NCBI GenBank assembly: GCA_964558645.1
Contig: CAZLEV010000009.1
Coordinates: forward strand, 27,568 to 91,567
Direction of reading: 5' to 3'
DNA length: 64,000 nucleotides
DNA from: an uncultured archaeon
GTDB lineage: Archaea; Asgardarchaeota; Thorarchaeia; Thorarchaeales; Thorarchaeaceae
Positions 1-10,575 of this stretch are shown one piece after another; position 1 is the first letter of the stretch; every line of letters begins with the position of its first letter. The notes under the pieces were generated by a model. It made no database searches, was not told where the DNA came from, and worked only from the letters and a program-made list of their open reading frames with translations. A program made the translations under genes and the position numbers.

Positions 1-407
1 TCTGTGGCAACCAGCTCACTCAGGACACCCGCTACTTTTCTGCCAGACAGCATGACATCGTTCGGCCATTTGAAGCCTACATTGAGACCGGTGATCTCAC
101 CCAGTGCCCTGACCACGGCACATCCTGTAAGCAGACCAAGAAGAGGAGCCGTCTCTATCTCAAGCCGTGGTTCCAAGATGAACGACGCATAGAGACCTCC
201 CTCGGGGGAGAGCCATTGCCGATTGTATCGTCCTCGCCCACGTGTCTGGGTCTTAGCGACCACCACCAGCCCCTCTTGAGTACCCCTACGAGCCAGTTCC
301 TTTGCTATGTCATTTGTGGATGTTGTCAACTCCATGATGGATATACTAGGCTGAAGAACCTTGAATCTGGTTCTGTCAATCTGCTCAGAGAGTTCATCCA
401 ACGTCAC
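1..407 (-). CDS. birA: Biotin--protein ligase, 3' end runs off the window; not in the ORF track
   Basis: Manual minus-strand translation gives TTSTNDIA, QTRGRGRYNRQWLSPEGGLYAS and FKWPNDVMLSGRKVAGVLSE, the hallmark BirA motifs. Start uncertain (GTG 407 or TTG 401). Confidence 0.9.
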   Translation of the reverse strand, partial: MTLDELSEQIDRTRFKVLQPSISIMELTTSTNDIAKELARRGTQEGLVVVAKTQTRGRGRYNRQWLSPEGGLYASFILEPRLEIETAPLLGLLTGCAVVRALGEITGLNVGFKWPNDVMLSGRKVAGVLSELVAT

Positions 408-518
408 TGATGTTTCACAACCATGTCTATCCTTGAATAGAAGATTCTGGCAGATTCATAGTCACAAATAGCACTTATATTGGGTTTGTCAGGCTACCTT
501 CTTACGCGAGGAAAACCA

Positions 519-1349
519 ATGACAAGTTTCGCAGGAGCAGTCATCCTGCCAGAGTTGCACAAGACTCTGGTCTTCAAGAATCGTGACATGAGAACCTCGG
601 ATCACGAGGACACGCTCTTCTATGATGTGGATTGCTTTGGTGTGAAGGGTATCGACGCAGTCACTGGTGAAACTGAAGGACTTGCAATAGGTGTCAACAG
701 GTATGGATTGGCTGTCGCAAACACATATGTGAAGCATACGGACGATGCCTCATACCATGCCCTCACCGAACAGATACTCATGTTCGGGAAGGATGCCGAG
801 GACGGTCTTCAGATGATTGTAGACCATCTCAAGTCAGGTAGACACTATCAATGGGGTAACCTCATACTGGCCGACAATGAAAGCACAATTGCCATAGAGA
901 TTGCAGGAGACCAACACAATATCGAGCGGTCTGAGAGAAAGGTCCTCCGAACCAATCATCACATCATGCTTGAAACAGAGGAGGAACTCCAAGAGCTCTA
1001 CTCGCAAGACGGAAACACTACATATCATGACTCACTAAAGCGTTTCGAGCGCGGCTACGACCTCATCAGAAGAGCCAGCAGTGTGCGAGAGGTCTTTGAT
1101 ATACTGAAGGATCACGGCTCGGAAAGAGGCTCTGCTAGTCTCTGCAAGCACGCTATGGCAGGTGAACGGTCATCCACAGTGATGAGCTACCTAGTGGAAA
1201 TAGACCATGAACAGAACTCGGGCAGACCCAAAATCATCTTCCATGCTGCAAAGAGCAACCCCTGTGAGTCCCCATATACATCGATTCCCCTAGTCTTCCC
1301 AGCAGACGAAGAAATCATGAAACGGGCCATGCAGATCTTCCCCAAGTGA
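519..1349 (+). CDS. Ntn-hydrolase, C45/acyl-CoA:6-APA acyltransferase-like
   Basis: N-terminal TSF...LVFKNRD, GVNRYGLAVAN, RTNH and SxxRF motifs. ATG 519 preferred over TTG 480. Confidence 0.65.
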   Translation: MTSFAGAVILPELHKTLVFKNRDMRTSDHEDTLFYDVDCFGVKGIDAVTGETEGLAIGVNRYGLAVANTYVKHTDDASYHALTEQILMFGKDAEDGLQMIVDHLKSGRHYQWGNLILADNESTIAIEIAGDQHNIERSERKVLRTNHHIMLETEEELQELYSQDGNTTYHDSLKRFERGYDLIRRASSVREVFDILKDHGSERGSASLCKHAMAGERSSTVMSYLVEIDHEQNSGRPKIIFHAAKSNPCESPYTSIPLVFPADEEIMKRAMQIFPK

Positions 1350-1360
1350 TGGTCGATTGA

Positions 1361-2647
1361 TCAGGTTGAATCAAACGGCTGTTCCTCAGCAGCCTCGACA
1401 ACCTGCGCCTCGCGTAGAGCCCGCATCTGCCGCTCCTTGTTCTTGAAGAACCCATAGAACAGGATAACGGCAAGCAAATACAGGCCCGATACCAAGAGAT
1501 ATGGAAGCCTGTACATCTTCTGAGCCAATAGCCACCCGCCAATATTAGCAGCTATCCCTCTTACAAGAGAGTCCCCAGCTCGTACTATTCCGTTAGCCGT
1601 CGAACGCTCTTCTTTGGCCAGTCCTTCCATGAAGAAAGCATGTGATACGGGTCCTGCCATATTCATCAAGACAGTCCGTGATACATAGGCAATCACTGCA
1701 AGGTAGAGATAGGGGGCCCAAGATATCATCAAGAGGAAGGGTATGGACAATGCCTGGGTCACAACGACCGTCTTCACCTTCCCAATCCTATCAGATAATG
1801 CAGGTGCCAAGAAATTGCCACTAGCCAGCACAATAGTGTTGATGCCGAAGATGATCCCAATCAATTCGGGGCTGGCGCTAAACTCGTTCTTGAAGAATAT
1901 GTTGAAGAACATAACAATCATCCCGGCCCCGAGACCGACAGTTGTAACAGTGGCAGAATACTTCCCTATGAAATCCCAATTCTTCACATTATCCAGTCCG
2001 AAACCGATTGTTGAAGAGGTTGCTTTGTCGGGAGTCATTCGTGAAACGAGAAACACGGCCACTGCCATCGGTAACAGACTGATGTATAGCGTTATCCGGT
2101 AGGGTAAAACAAGGGTGTCTACAGCTCCTAGTGCCCGATGAATCAATCCGGGCAGAAACCCTCCGGCCAGATTGCCTATGAGAACTGACAGCAGAGAAAA
2201 TCCTCCACTGATGCCAAAGAGATGAGCTCTTTCTTCATCGGTTGATAGATCCGTGATATACGGCGATAATGACACCTGTGTAAACGCACTGGCCAAACCT
2301 AACAATACTTGGGAGATGATGAGACCTATTGGACTGAGGGTCGTGTACTGAGCAGCAATAGCGATTGCCGACACGACATTAGAGGAAACCACTATCTTCT
2401 TTCTGCTTGCTCTGTCAGTAAACAGTCCTGCAGGGATGGCAACCAACGCTGTCGCGAACATGGATATCGAGAGAAAGAATCCTAAGAAGTCCTCGCCGAA
2501 ACCAGCCTCTACCATGTAGAGATTGAAGATCACATTTGAGATTCCAAATGAGAGAGAGCTTGTTGCGCTCACTGCGATGTAGAGACGCGCATCCCGCTTG
2601 AACAATCTCAAGCGGTCCAAGTATCCAAGCTTCGCTGACTCCGTCAA
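1361..2647 (-). CDS. MFS transporter
   Basis: About 12 TM helices; motif-A-like GLFTDRASRK and PALSDRIGK. Confidence 0.9.
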   Translation of the reverse strand: MTESAKLGYLDRLRLFKRDARLYIAVSATSSLSFGISNVIFNLYMVEAGFGEDFLGFFLSISMFATALVAIPAGLFTDRASRKKIVVSSNVVSAIAIAAQYTTLSPIGLIISQVLLGLASAFTQVSLSPYITDLSTDEERAHLFGISGGFSLLSVLIGNLAGGFLPGLIHRALGAVDTLVLPYRITLYISLLPMAVAVFLVSRMTPDKATSSTIGFGLDNVKNWDFIGKYSATVTTVGLGAGMIVMFFNIFFKNEFSASPELIGIIFGINTIVLASGNFLAPALSDRIGKVKTVVVTQALSIPFLLMISWAPYLYLAVIAYVSRTVLMNMAGPVSHAFFMEGLAKEERSTANGIVRAGDSLVRGIAANIGGWLLAQKMYRLPYLLVSGLYLLAVILFYGFFKNKERQMRALREAQVVEAAEEQPFDST

Positions 2648-2759
2648 ATGTCCAATCTCCTGACTAGAGCTTGCATCTCACCGATGCGGTTGGCCTTTAT
2701 GCCTTGCTGATTGCGCAGAGACCGCAACCTAAATCATTCACCAAGCTCAATCAGACCTT

Positions 2760-3809
2760 ATGAAGAAGATTGAACTCCGAAGCGATACCTTCACGCTTCC
2801 TACAGATGAGATGATAGATGCCATAGCCACTGCACATAGAGAGGGACGCCTTGGTGATGATGTGGCCGGAGAGGACGAAGTGGTCAACGAACTACAAGAG
2901 AAGACTGCGAAACTGCTTGGAAAGGAGGCCTCCCTGTTAGTGACCTCTGGCACCCAGGGCAATATTGCCTCCCTGGTGGCTCAAGCACAACGAGGGGACG
3001 AGATTGTGGTGGAAGAAAAATCGCATACATATCTCTTCGAGGCAGGTTCTATGGCTTCACTGGGAGGGCTCTTCCCGAAGCCCGTGAAAGGAGAGAGAGG
3101 ATACATCACCCCGGACACGCTGGATTCTGCGGTTAGCCCAGACGACCCGCACTATGCAAGAACCTCCATGGTTGTCATCGAAAACACTCACAACTATGCA
3201 GGCGGCGTCGTTGTTGAACCTGAAAAAGTCGATGCCCTTGCAGAAGTCGCACACGACCATGGAATGCTTATTCACTGTGATGGAGCCAGACTCTTCAATG
3301 CAGCTGTTGCACTAGACGTCCCTGCACATCGTCTTGTGAAGAATGTCGATAGCGTGCAGGTCTGCTTGAGCAAGGGGCTCTCTGCACCTGTGGGCTCCAT
3401 GATAGCAGGCACCGAGGAGTTCATTCATGAAGCGCATCGCTGGAGGAAGAAACTAGGTGGAGGTATGCGCCAAGCGGGCATCATTGCTGCTCCCGGAATC
3501 GTGGCAATCGAGAAGATGATTGACAGGCTCAAAGAGGACCATGCAAACGCCCATGACTTCTACGAGAGGATCTCAAGAGTGTCAGGACTCGAGGTAGAGA
3601 AACCTGACACTAACATCTTGTTCATCGGCCTTGGTAGCTTCGAGATTGACGCGCAGAAGCTCTCAGAGGAGCTGGGATCCCATGGGATTCTGGTCTATGG
3701 AGGCTATGGAAAGAGAACTAGATTCGTGTTCAATAGAATGGTTGATTCCGATGACGTGACCTATGCCGCTAGCATCCTCAAAGACATACTGGAGAAGCAT
3801 AGGAAGTGA
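2760..3809 (+). CDS. ltaE: Low-specificity L-threonine aldolase (PLP)
   Basis: ELRSDT, SGTQGN, ENTHN, HCDGARLFNA, CLSKGLSAPVGS, GGGMRQAG. Confidence 0.92.
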   Translation: MKKIELRSDTFTLPTDEMIDAIATAHREGRLGDDVAGEDEVVNELQEKTAKLLGKEASLLVTSGTQGNIASLVAQAQRGDEIVVEEKSHTYLFEAGSMASLGGLFPKPVKGERGYITPDTLDSAVSPDDPHYARTSMVVIENTHNYAGGVVVEPEKVDALAEVAHDHGMLIHCDGARLFNAAVALDVPAHRLVKNVDSVQVCLSKGLSAPVGSMIAGTEEFIHEAHRWRKKLGGGMRQAGIIAAPGIVAIEKMIDRLKEDHANAHDFYERISRVSGLEVEKPDTNILFIGLGSFEIDAQKLSEELGSHGILVYGGYGKRTRFVFNRMVDSDDVTYAASILKDILEKHRK

Positions 3810-3849
3810 CCTTTGAGTAGAGGTGAAAAGATACTCCTCTTCGATTGAA

Positions 3850-4113
3850 CTAGCATTTTGACCTGCAGTCAGCCAAGAGATGCTTGATGTGGTCCGACCA
3901 GCGCGGCTGGAGCTTCAACGCACGCTCGGCACAGCAGATAGCATCTTCATACTGCTCCAGTTTGTAATGGAGCTGTGCCTTGTAGTACCAAGCATGTGCA
4001 TAGTCTTCGCGGGCATCAATCGCCTTCTGGTAGGAGGACACCGCCTCTTCCAGACGGCCATTCTTCTCATGACTCTTAGCATCCCTGTAATGGTCAAAAT
4101 GCGTCTTAGGCAT
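3850..4113 (-). CDS. Small TPR protein
   Basis: Two TPR units (AVSSYQKAI..AWYYKAQLHYKL..A..CAERALKLQP). Start at ATG 4113 assumed. Confidence 0.8.
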   Translation of the reverse strand: MPKTHFDHYRDAKSHEKNGRLEEAVSSYQKAIDAREDYAHAWYYKAQLHYKLEQYEDAICCAERALKLQPRWSDHIKHLLADCRSKC

Positions 4114-4208
4114 CTCATCATACACGGTGGGATCCTCCACACGTAGTATAGATGGATAATTATTCAAATAAGGCTGCTGGGAGATTGACCATCGCCAAGA
4201 TTTTAGAA

Positions 4209-4619
4209 CTAATCACCGTGAAACTCACAGAGTTCCAAAAGGACCCCTGACGTGGACTTCGGATGAATAAACGCAATCTTCATTCCATGCGCACCAGTCC
4301 GAGCCTTCTCATCTATCAGTCGTGCTCCGTTCTCTGCATGCTCGGCCAGACTCTCCTCTACTGAATCCACTCTCACTGCGACATGATGGACACCGGAGCC
4401 TCTCTTCTCAAGGAACTTGCTTATCGGACTGTCATCCGCAGTTGGTTCCAGTAGCTCGATTCGACTCTCTCCGATATCAAGGAAGGCGACCCTGACCTTC
4501 TGTTCTGGAACATCTTCGGTGCCGGCATATGCTAGGCCTAGAGTGTCACGGTAGTAAGAAAGTGCCTCCTCGATGGACTCTACGGCGATACCAATATGAT
4601 CAATCTTGTCTACAGTCAT
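4209..4619 (-). CDS. mce: Methylmalonyl-CoA epimerase
   Basis: IDHIGIAV, IELLEP, GVHHVAVRV, FIHPKSTSGVLLELCE; adjacent to the mutase genes. Confidence 0.93.
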   Translation of the reverse strand: MTVDKIDHIGIAVESIEEALSYYRDTLGLAYAGTEDVPEQKVRVAFLDIGESRIELLEPTADDSPISKFLEKRGSGVHHVAVRVDSVEESLAEHAENGARLIDEKARTGAHGMKIAFIHPKSTSGVLLELCEFHGD

Positions 4620-4631
4620 CTCTCTTCACCT

Positions 4632-6302
4632 CTAGAGTATGTCAGGAGCCTCATACTCGCCAAAAACCTCACGCAGAACTGCGCATATCTCTCCAAGAGT
4701 TGCATACGTCCTCACTGCATCTATGATGTACGGCATCAAATTGTCAGCTCCCTTTGCAGCTCGTCTGAGATTCTCAAGAGAAGCGGTTACATCCTGAGCA
4801 TCTCGAGAGATTCTTACCTGCTCCAAAGATGCTATCTGCGACTGCTCAGCCTCGGGATCAACCCGCATGAGCTCGAATCGTTCATTCTCCTCAACGGTAA
4901 ACTCATTGACACCAACGACGACCCGTCTTCCCTCATCAACTTGTTTCTGGTATAGATAGGCACTATCACTGATCTCCCTCTGTATGAACCCCCTCTCGAT
5001 TGCGGCAGGGGCTCCGCCCATCTCGTCGATACGCTCGATGTATTCGGTGGCTCGTTTCTCGATCTCATCCGTGAGATACTCAATGAAGTAAGAACCAGCC
5101 AGAGGGTCAACAGTGTCGCCAACGCTGCTCTCATGTGCAATGATCTGCTGCGTTCGTAGGGCAATTCTCACTGAGTCCACGGTGGGAAGGGACAGAGCTT
5201 CATCTCGTGAATTAGTGTGAAGAGATTGAGTACCTCCCAATACTGCCTGTAGCGCCTGCAACGTGACACGAACCACATTGTTGTCCGGTTGTTGTGCAGT
5301 CAGAGTACAACCGGCCGTCTGAGTATGAAATCGCATCCTGCAGGAGTCCTCATCTTTGGCACCGAATCGATTGCGCATAGTCTTCGCCCAGAGGCGTCGG
5401 GCAGCCCTGAATTTCGCAATCTCCTCAAAGAAGTCGCTATGAGAACCAAAGAAGAAAGACAGTCGCGATGCAAAGTCATCAATGTCCAACCCGGCCTCCA
5501 CAGCAGCCTCCACGTAGGCAATCCCGTCTGCTATTGTGAAAGCTACCTCCTGAACTGCGGAAGAGCCGGCCTCCCGGATGTGATAGCCCGAGATTGATAT
5601 GGTGTTCCAACGAGGCATCTCGGAACTGCAGAACTTGAACACATCAGTTATCAGTCGCATCGAGGGAGCAGGCGGAAAGATGTAAGTCCCCCGAGCGATA
5701 TACTCCTTGAGGATATCGTTCTGAATCGTACCACGGAGTTTGTCCACAGGAACCCCCTGTTTCTCAGCCACGACAATATACATTGCGAGCAGGATCGACG
5801 CAGGAGCGTTAATTGTCATGGACGTGCTCACTTGATCCAATGGAATCGCATCGAACAAGACCTCCATGTCGGCAAGTGAGTCGATTGCGACACCTACTTT
5901 TCCCACTTCGCCCTGTGAGAGAGGATGGTCAGAGTCGTAGCCTATCTGAGTAGGCAGGTCGAATGCGACTGATAGCCCAGTCTGACCCTGTTCCAGCAAA
6001 AAATGGAATCGTTCGTTTGTTTCCTTCGCGGTGGCAAAGCCGCTATACTGCCGCATAGTCCAGAATCTCCCACGGTACATGGTAGGCTGAACACCGCGAG
6101 TGAATGGGTAAATCCCCGGAAATCCTAGCTCCGCGAGATAATCCAGGTTCTTGGTATCAAGTGGAGTGTAGAGACGCTTAACGGGTATTCCGGATAATGT
6201 CTTGAATGAACCCTCGCGTTCTGGATAACGTCTTATAGTATCTGATACGAGGCCATCTTCCCAGCTCTCTAGAGCATCCGCGAGCTCTTTCTCTCGAGTC
6301 AT
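4632..6302 (-). CDS. mcmA: Methylmalonyl-CoA mutase, large (substrate-binding) subunit
   Basis: [60 protein letters not shown]. Tyr and Arg carboxylate-binding residues are present. Confidence 0.92.
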   Translation of the reverse strand: MTREKELADALESWEDGLVSDTIRRYPEREGSFKTLSGIPVKRLYTPLDTKNLDYLAELGFPGIYPFTRGVQPTMYRGRFWTMRQYSGFATAKETNERFHFLLEQGQTGLSVAFDLPTQIGYDSDHPLSQGEVGKVGVAIDSLADMEVLFDAIPLDQVSTSMTINAPASILLAMYIVVAEKQGVPVDKLRGTIQNDILKEYIARGTYIFPPAPSMRLITDVFKFCSSEMPRWNTISISGYHIREAGSSAVQEVAFTIADGIAYVEAAVEAGLDIDDFASRLSFFFGSHSDFFEEIAKFRAARRLWAKTMRNRFGAKDEDSCRMRFHTQTAGCTLTAQQPDNNVVRVTLQALQAVLGGTQSLHTNSRDEALSLPTVDSVRIALRTQQIIAHESSVGDTVDPLAGSYFIEYLTDEIEKRATEYIERIDEMGGAPAAIERGFIQREISDSAYLYQKQVDEGRRVVVGVNEFTVEENERFELMRVDPEAEQSQIASLEQVRISRDAQDVTASLENLRRAAKGADNLMPYIIDAVRTYATLGEICAVLREVFGEYEAPDIL

Positions 6303-6313
6303 ACCTCATTCAC

Positions 6314-7285
6314 CTATTCTCTGTAGCTTGCCAGAAATTCAGCAATCATACGCTGCGCAACAGAATACGGGTCATCTGAACGACAGGCAATCTTCTCGAT
6401 TGCTGCAGCATATTCAGGGCTATCCTGAAACTTAGCAAGCAGTTTACGCGTGAGACGATACCGCATTATATCCTCAAGCTCATCCCTGCTTCGTTTCAGT
6501 TCACTCTCTTCAAAGGCCCCGCTGGCTTTCAAATAGTCCATATGGGCCGCAATCTTGTCTACGAGTTCTGCAATCCCCTCACTCTTACGAGCGTTTGTTG
6601 TGACCACAGGAGGCCGCCACTCACCCATGTTCTGATCTAAATCCAGCATTGCATTGATCTCCGTCACCTTCTTATCGGCTCCCGGCAGGTCACACTTGTT
6701 CACGACGAATACATCACCAATCTCCATGATGCCCGCCTTGATTGCCTGTATATCATCTCCACTTCCAGGAACGTCTGTGACAACTACTGTATGTGCGATA
6801 TCTACTACTTCAACCTCTGATTGTCCTGCCCCAACAGTTTCCACTATGACTATATCCTTCCCAGATGCATCAAGAATACGTACAGCGTCGGAGGTTGCTC
6901 TTGCAATGCCACCGAGATGTCCTCTGGTACCCATGCTGCGCATGTATACTCCATCGTCAAGACTGTGCTCCTGCATTCTGATTCTATCTCCCAACAGAGC
7001 ACCTCCCGAGAATGGACTAGAGGGGTCGACACAGATGATTCCGACTGTCTTTTCCCGTGACCTATAGACTGTGGTCATCCTCGTCACTAAGGTACTCTTG
7101 CCAGAACCAGGAGGGCCGGTTACACCAACAATATGGGCGTTACCGGTATAGCGATACAGCTCACATAGAGCAAGATCAGCCTCCGGGTGCTCATCCTCAA
7201 TGAGAGAAATCATCTTCGCCAGAGCGCGCCTCTCTCCAGCGAGGACGCCCTTGACCAAGTCACGAACAGGCAAGTAACATTCCAC
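6314..7285 (-). CDS. meaB: Mutase-associated GTPase MeaB/ArgK
   Basis: GPPGSGKST, VDPSSPFSGGALLGDRIRM, ETVGAGQSE, NKCD. Confidence 0.95.
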   Translation of the reverse strand: MECYLPVRDLVKGVLAGERRALAKMISLIEDEHPEADLALCELYRYTGNAHIVGVTGPPGSGKSTLVTRMTTVYRSREKTVGIICVDPSSPFSGGALLGDRIRMQEHSLDDGVYMRSMGTRGHLGGIARATSDAVRILDASGKDIVIVETVGAGQSEVEVVDIAHTVVVTDVPGSGDDIQAIKAGIMEIGDVFVVNKCDLPGADKKVTEINAMLDLDQNMGEWRPPVVTTNARKSEGIAELVDKIAAHMDYLKASGAFEESELKRSRDELEDIMRYRLTRKLLAKFQDSPEYAAAIEKIACRSDDPYSVAQRMIAEFLASYRE

Positions 7286-7297
7286 TCCAAGCTGCCA

Positions 7298-7696
7298 TCA
7301 TTTGACATTCTTCTTGACATACTCGACAATATCATCAAGCGGAGTGCCAGGGCCAAAGACCTCGGCAATACCCACCTTCTTTAATTCACGAACATCATCT
7401 TGAGGGATGATTCCCCCGGCAATGACAAGCACATCATCAGCGCCCTCTTCTCTGAGCAGTTCCATGATCCTTGGAAACAGAGCCATGTGGGCACCACTCA
7501 GAATGCTCAGTCCTACAACATCAACTGATTCGTCAACCGCAGCACGAGCAATCATCTCAGGAGTCTGACGTAGGCCCGTGTATATGACTTCCATTCCAGC
7601 ATCTCGAAACGCTCTTGCGACGACTTTCGCACCCCGATCGTGACCATCGAGGCCAGGCTTTGCTACAAGAACTCTAATCTTTTTGGATGAACTCAA
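7298..7696 (-). CDS. Acyl-CoA mutase small subunit (cobalamin-binding)
   Basis: [11 protein letters not shown] (DxHxxG), SILSGAH, GGIIP, FGPGT. Confidence 0.95.
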   Translation of the reverse strand: MSSSKKIRVLVAKPGLDGHDRGAKVVARAFRDAGMEVIYTGLRQTPEMIARAAVDESVDVVGLSILSGAHMALFPRIMELLREEGADDVLVIAGGIIPQDDVRELKKVGIAEVFGPGTPLDDIVEYVKKNVK

Positions 7697-7802
7697 GTGT
7701 ACACCTCTGTACGGTGTTTACTTCGCTGACAAACCGAGTCCAGATATAAAGACTTTCGATGGAATCGACGTTGACATACATTGAGGACCTTCTCTCAATC
7801 AA

Positions 7803-8825
7803 TCACTCCTCAATGATGTGAACAATGTTTTCTCTTCCCTCTCTGAAGCGCTTCACCAGACCTCTTTCTTCAAGATTGCTGAGAACAAGACTCACCTTTG
7901 CCTGGGACATTCCTGACACCATATAGAGATCCTTCTGTGGGCAGGAACCACCTTTCCCTCGGATTATGTCAAGCATCTCTTCTTCATCATCGGTGATGCC
8001 AACAACCTTCACAGAACCTATGTTGCGCACTCGATTCAGTACATACGGCCCATATCTCACAACTAAGACACCGAAGACAAAGGAACTCACAGCCAGAGCG
8101 ATGAAATGAATCAGGGGGAACGATGCCTCAGTTACAACTGACAAGGGCACCTCATATTTTACAATGAAGACACTCTCTTGTCCGGGTTGTAGTTCGTCTA
8201 AATCCCAGATGAAGGCGATTGAATGACCATCAGTGTAGTTCGATTGAGACTCTGGAAAGATTGGAGCAATCGACTCCTGAGAGAGGGATGCATGAGGAGG
8301 CAGCGCCAACTGGAAGGTGAAATTGTAGAAGGCTACAGAGGGACGCACATAGTAGATGAAACTGCCTTGCATGGCATCTCCTGGAAATGGAGGTGTTGTC
8401 TGCGAGATGATGTCACCACAGACCAGTTCAATATGGAGACTGATAGATTCACCAACATCAAGCTGGCGTTCCAACTGGATTTCAACTAGGCTGTAGCGAT
8501 TCAGCTTCTGAAGCGCTGCATCTGCAAGCGACTCGTTGAGAGTAACGAGAAGAAGTGAGGCATCCAGAGACTCGACTCTGAAAGAAAGCATCGCATCTGC
8601 TCCTGGTTCAGCGGATCTGATGGTAGCATCAACACTCAGACGTGTCGAACCGTTTACAGAAGTTGACGCGCGGATAGTGACAGGATCTAGGAATACTGCA
8701 CTGGATTGTGCTGGAGTAAAGCCCTCTACCCGGCTCATGGTGACCAAAGATATCACGAAGACACCACAAAGAGCTATGATGGGTAGATGATGCCATTTCA
8801 TTGTTGACCACCAAGGGGACTTCAT
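7803..8825 (-). CDS. Membrane-anchored transcriptional regulator (extracellular domain, TM, C-terminal wHTH)
   Basis: Signal peptide, beta-rich ectodomain, TM near aa 238-262, then GGSCPQKDL..SQAKVSLVLSNLEERGLVKRFREGREN wHTH. Confidence 0.75.
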   Translation of the reverse strand: MKSPWWSTMKWHHLPIIALCGVFVISLVTMSRVEGFTPAQSSAVFLDPVTIRASTSVNGSTRLSVDATIRSAEPGADAMLSFRVESLDASLLLVTLNESLADAALQKLNRYSLVEIQLERQLDVGESISLHIELVCGDIISQTTPPFPGDAMQGSFIYYVRPSVAFYNFTFQLALPPHASLSQESIAPIFPESQSNYTDGHSIAFIWDLDELQPGQESVFIVKYEVPLSVVTEASFPLIHFIALAVSSFVFGVLVVRYGPYVLNRVRNIGSVKVVGITDDEEEMLDIIRGKGGSCPQKDLYMVSGMSQAKVSLVLSNLEERGLVKRFREGRENIVHIIEE

Positions 8826-8870
8826 TCAGATTTATCACGCCGCGGTTTAGAATCATTCGGAATTGCCAAT

Positions 8871-8898
8871 AAAAGGGATAGCGGCATTAGTATGCCGC
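8871..8898 (-). terminator. Hairpin plus T-tract downstream of 8908..10080
   Basis: Perfect 7-bp stem GCGGCAT-acta-ATGCCGC (8881-8898), followed on the minus strand by TATCCCTTTT. Confidence 0.55.
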
Positions 8899-8907
8899 CT
8901 GATGACT

Positions 8908-10080
8908 CTATCGTTTCTTGATTACTGCCGCTAGAGCAATCAAGACAACGACGATGCCAATACCTGCCACAAACACGAGTTCTGTTGAGAGGACGCCGCT
9001 GGGAGCTTGATCTGCGTAGAGACCAATCGAGGGGTCGTGGACTATCGAGCCTCCATTGAAATTAGGATAGCAAAGATAGAGTGCTAGACCCTTTCCTGTC
9101 GGGAGATACGAGGCAGTAACATTCACAACCTCTTCTGCTGCTCCAGGGAGTGTCATGACGGCTTTATCGAGCCAGGAATAGAACCCTAAGGCCGCATCAT
9201 CAACCGCGTCAACAAATTGGATTGTCTGTGTGTCAGTACCGACTCGGTTCTCAAATCGGCTCTCGTTTCCTGCGGCTGCACCCCAGTCTACTGATGAGTC
9301 TCCAGTGAAGTTGCCTTGATGTTCCCTCACACGGTAACGGTGTCGTTCACGATGCTGTTGCTGAGCGGCTTGGTCTTCTCTGAGTACAGACTGCAGCGCA
9401 ACCTGTGAGGTTTCAGTGCTGAACGGGAAATTGCCAATCTCAATGTCAATCTTGAGTTCTGTACCTCCAGCAACGAGGTAAGAGGCACGAACCCCTTGCT
9501 CGTCCGAGATCTCTCCGCTGTAGTCTTCGAGGTAGATGTGCGCCCAGAACTGGAGAGTGACATCCTCGAATCGATCGACTGAACCTCCACCGGGCATCCC
9601 AGGAGGATCAATGGGGGGCATCATGCCACCACTCTTCGACCCACCCTTGGTGTACTTGAGCCAGACCTCGGTCACCGTGCCGTTCTCATCCGTAACGGAA
9701 CCAGTCTGGATGGTCCATTCATAGGCCGCCAAAGGAGCGAAGTATAGGGACTCATTCGACTGAAATGCTCTGTCACCATTCGAATCCTCGAATTCGACCA
9801 GCATCAGATAGGAAACTGAGAACTTAGCTAAACTCCCGTTTCCATCTGCCGTATACCAGAAATGAAACATCGGTAACTCACCATTTGCCATGATAGTTAT
9901 GATTTCGGTGCTCAGGAAGACATTTCCAGCCGCATCCCTCCTCTGGTCAGGAGGCCCATAACGAGGATGTGTCGGCGGGCCATCACCCTGAGCGCTGGCA
10001 ACTGAAATGGCTGGCTGAACCAGTACGACCGCCAGAAGTATTCCAAACATGGTTTTCCAATGCTGCTTCAAATTGTTCAC
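8908..10080 (-). CDS. Secreted, C-terminally anchored protein of unknown function
   Basis: Signal peptide, EFEDSNGD motif, KIDIEIGNFPF, HDPSIG, C-terminal TM ending in KKR. Confidence 0.7.
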   Translation of the reverse strand: MNNLKQHWKTMFGILLAVVLVQPAISVASAQGDGPPTHPRYGPPDQRRDAAGNVFLSTEIITIMANGELPMFHFWYTADGNGSLAKFSVSYLMLVEFEDSNGDRAFQSNESLYFAPLAAYEWTIQTGSVTDENGTVTEVWLKYTKGGSKSGGMMPPIDPPGMPGGGSVDRFEDVTLQFWAHIYLEDYSGEISDEQGVRASYLVAGGTELKIDIEIGNFPFSTETSQVALQSVLREDQAAQQQHRERHRYRVREHQGNFTGDSSVDWGAAAGNESRFENRVGTDTQTIQFVDAVDDAALGFYSWLDKAVMTLPGAAEEVVNVTASYLPTGKGLALYLCYPNFNGGSIVHDPSIGLYADQAPSGVLSTELVFVAGIGIVVVLIALAAVIKKR

Positions 10081-10312
10081 CTGAAGTTACTGGTCTCCCA
10101 ACTGTATATAATGAATATTAAACGTCATAGGTTTTCTAGAGAATGATAACCGGGCCATAGTGCCTCTACTGTCAGTTAAGGCTTTATGAATCCTTCAAAC
10201 ATTCGGTTCGGGATGGGAACAAATCGTTGGAGGTAGAAGCCATGACTCGATGCAATCCTTGCTATAGTGTTATTAGGCCTTTTTCGCTAACTCCTAAACG
10301 GAGAAAAGAGAA

Positions 10313-10573
10313 ATGGCAGCAGAACCTGACCAGATGACTGAATATGACTGGTTTGGCGAGGCGCGATCATGTGAAACCAGAGGCGACCTCGAAGAGGCCA
10401 TCGAGGCATATGAGAAGGCCATCGATATTAATCCGGAGTTTGCTAAGGCATGGTACTACAAGGCGAAACTGCATCTCAGGCTCGGTCAGAAGGACAAGGC
10501 CATAGAATCTGCAAAGAAGGCCTTGGAATTGAAACCCTCTTGGGAGAAGTTCGTGAAAGACATAATTGGCTGA
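10313..10573 (+). CDS. Small TPR protein, paralog of 3850..4113
   Basis: AIEAYEKAIDINPEFAKAWYYKAKLHLRLG..AKKALELKP. Confidence 0.85.
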   Translation: MAAEPDQMTEYDWFGEARSCETRGDLEEAIEAYEKAIDINPEFAKAWYYKAKLHLRLGQKDKAIESAKKALELKPSWEKFVKDIIG

Positions 10574-10575
10574 GT

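Noticed and set aside
4-410. Plus-strand ORFs 4..192 and 216..410
   Set aside because: Shadows of the minus-strand birA frame.
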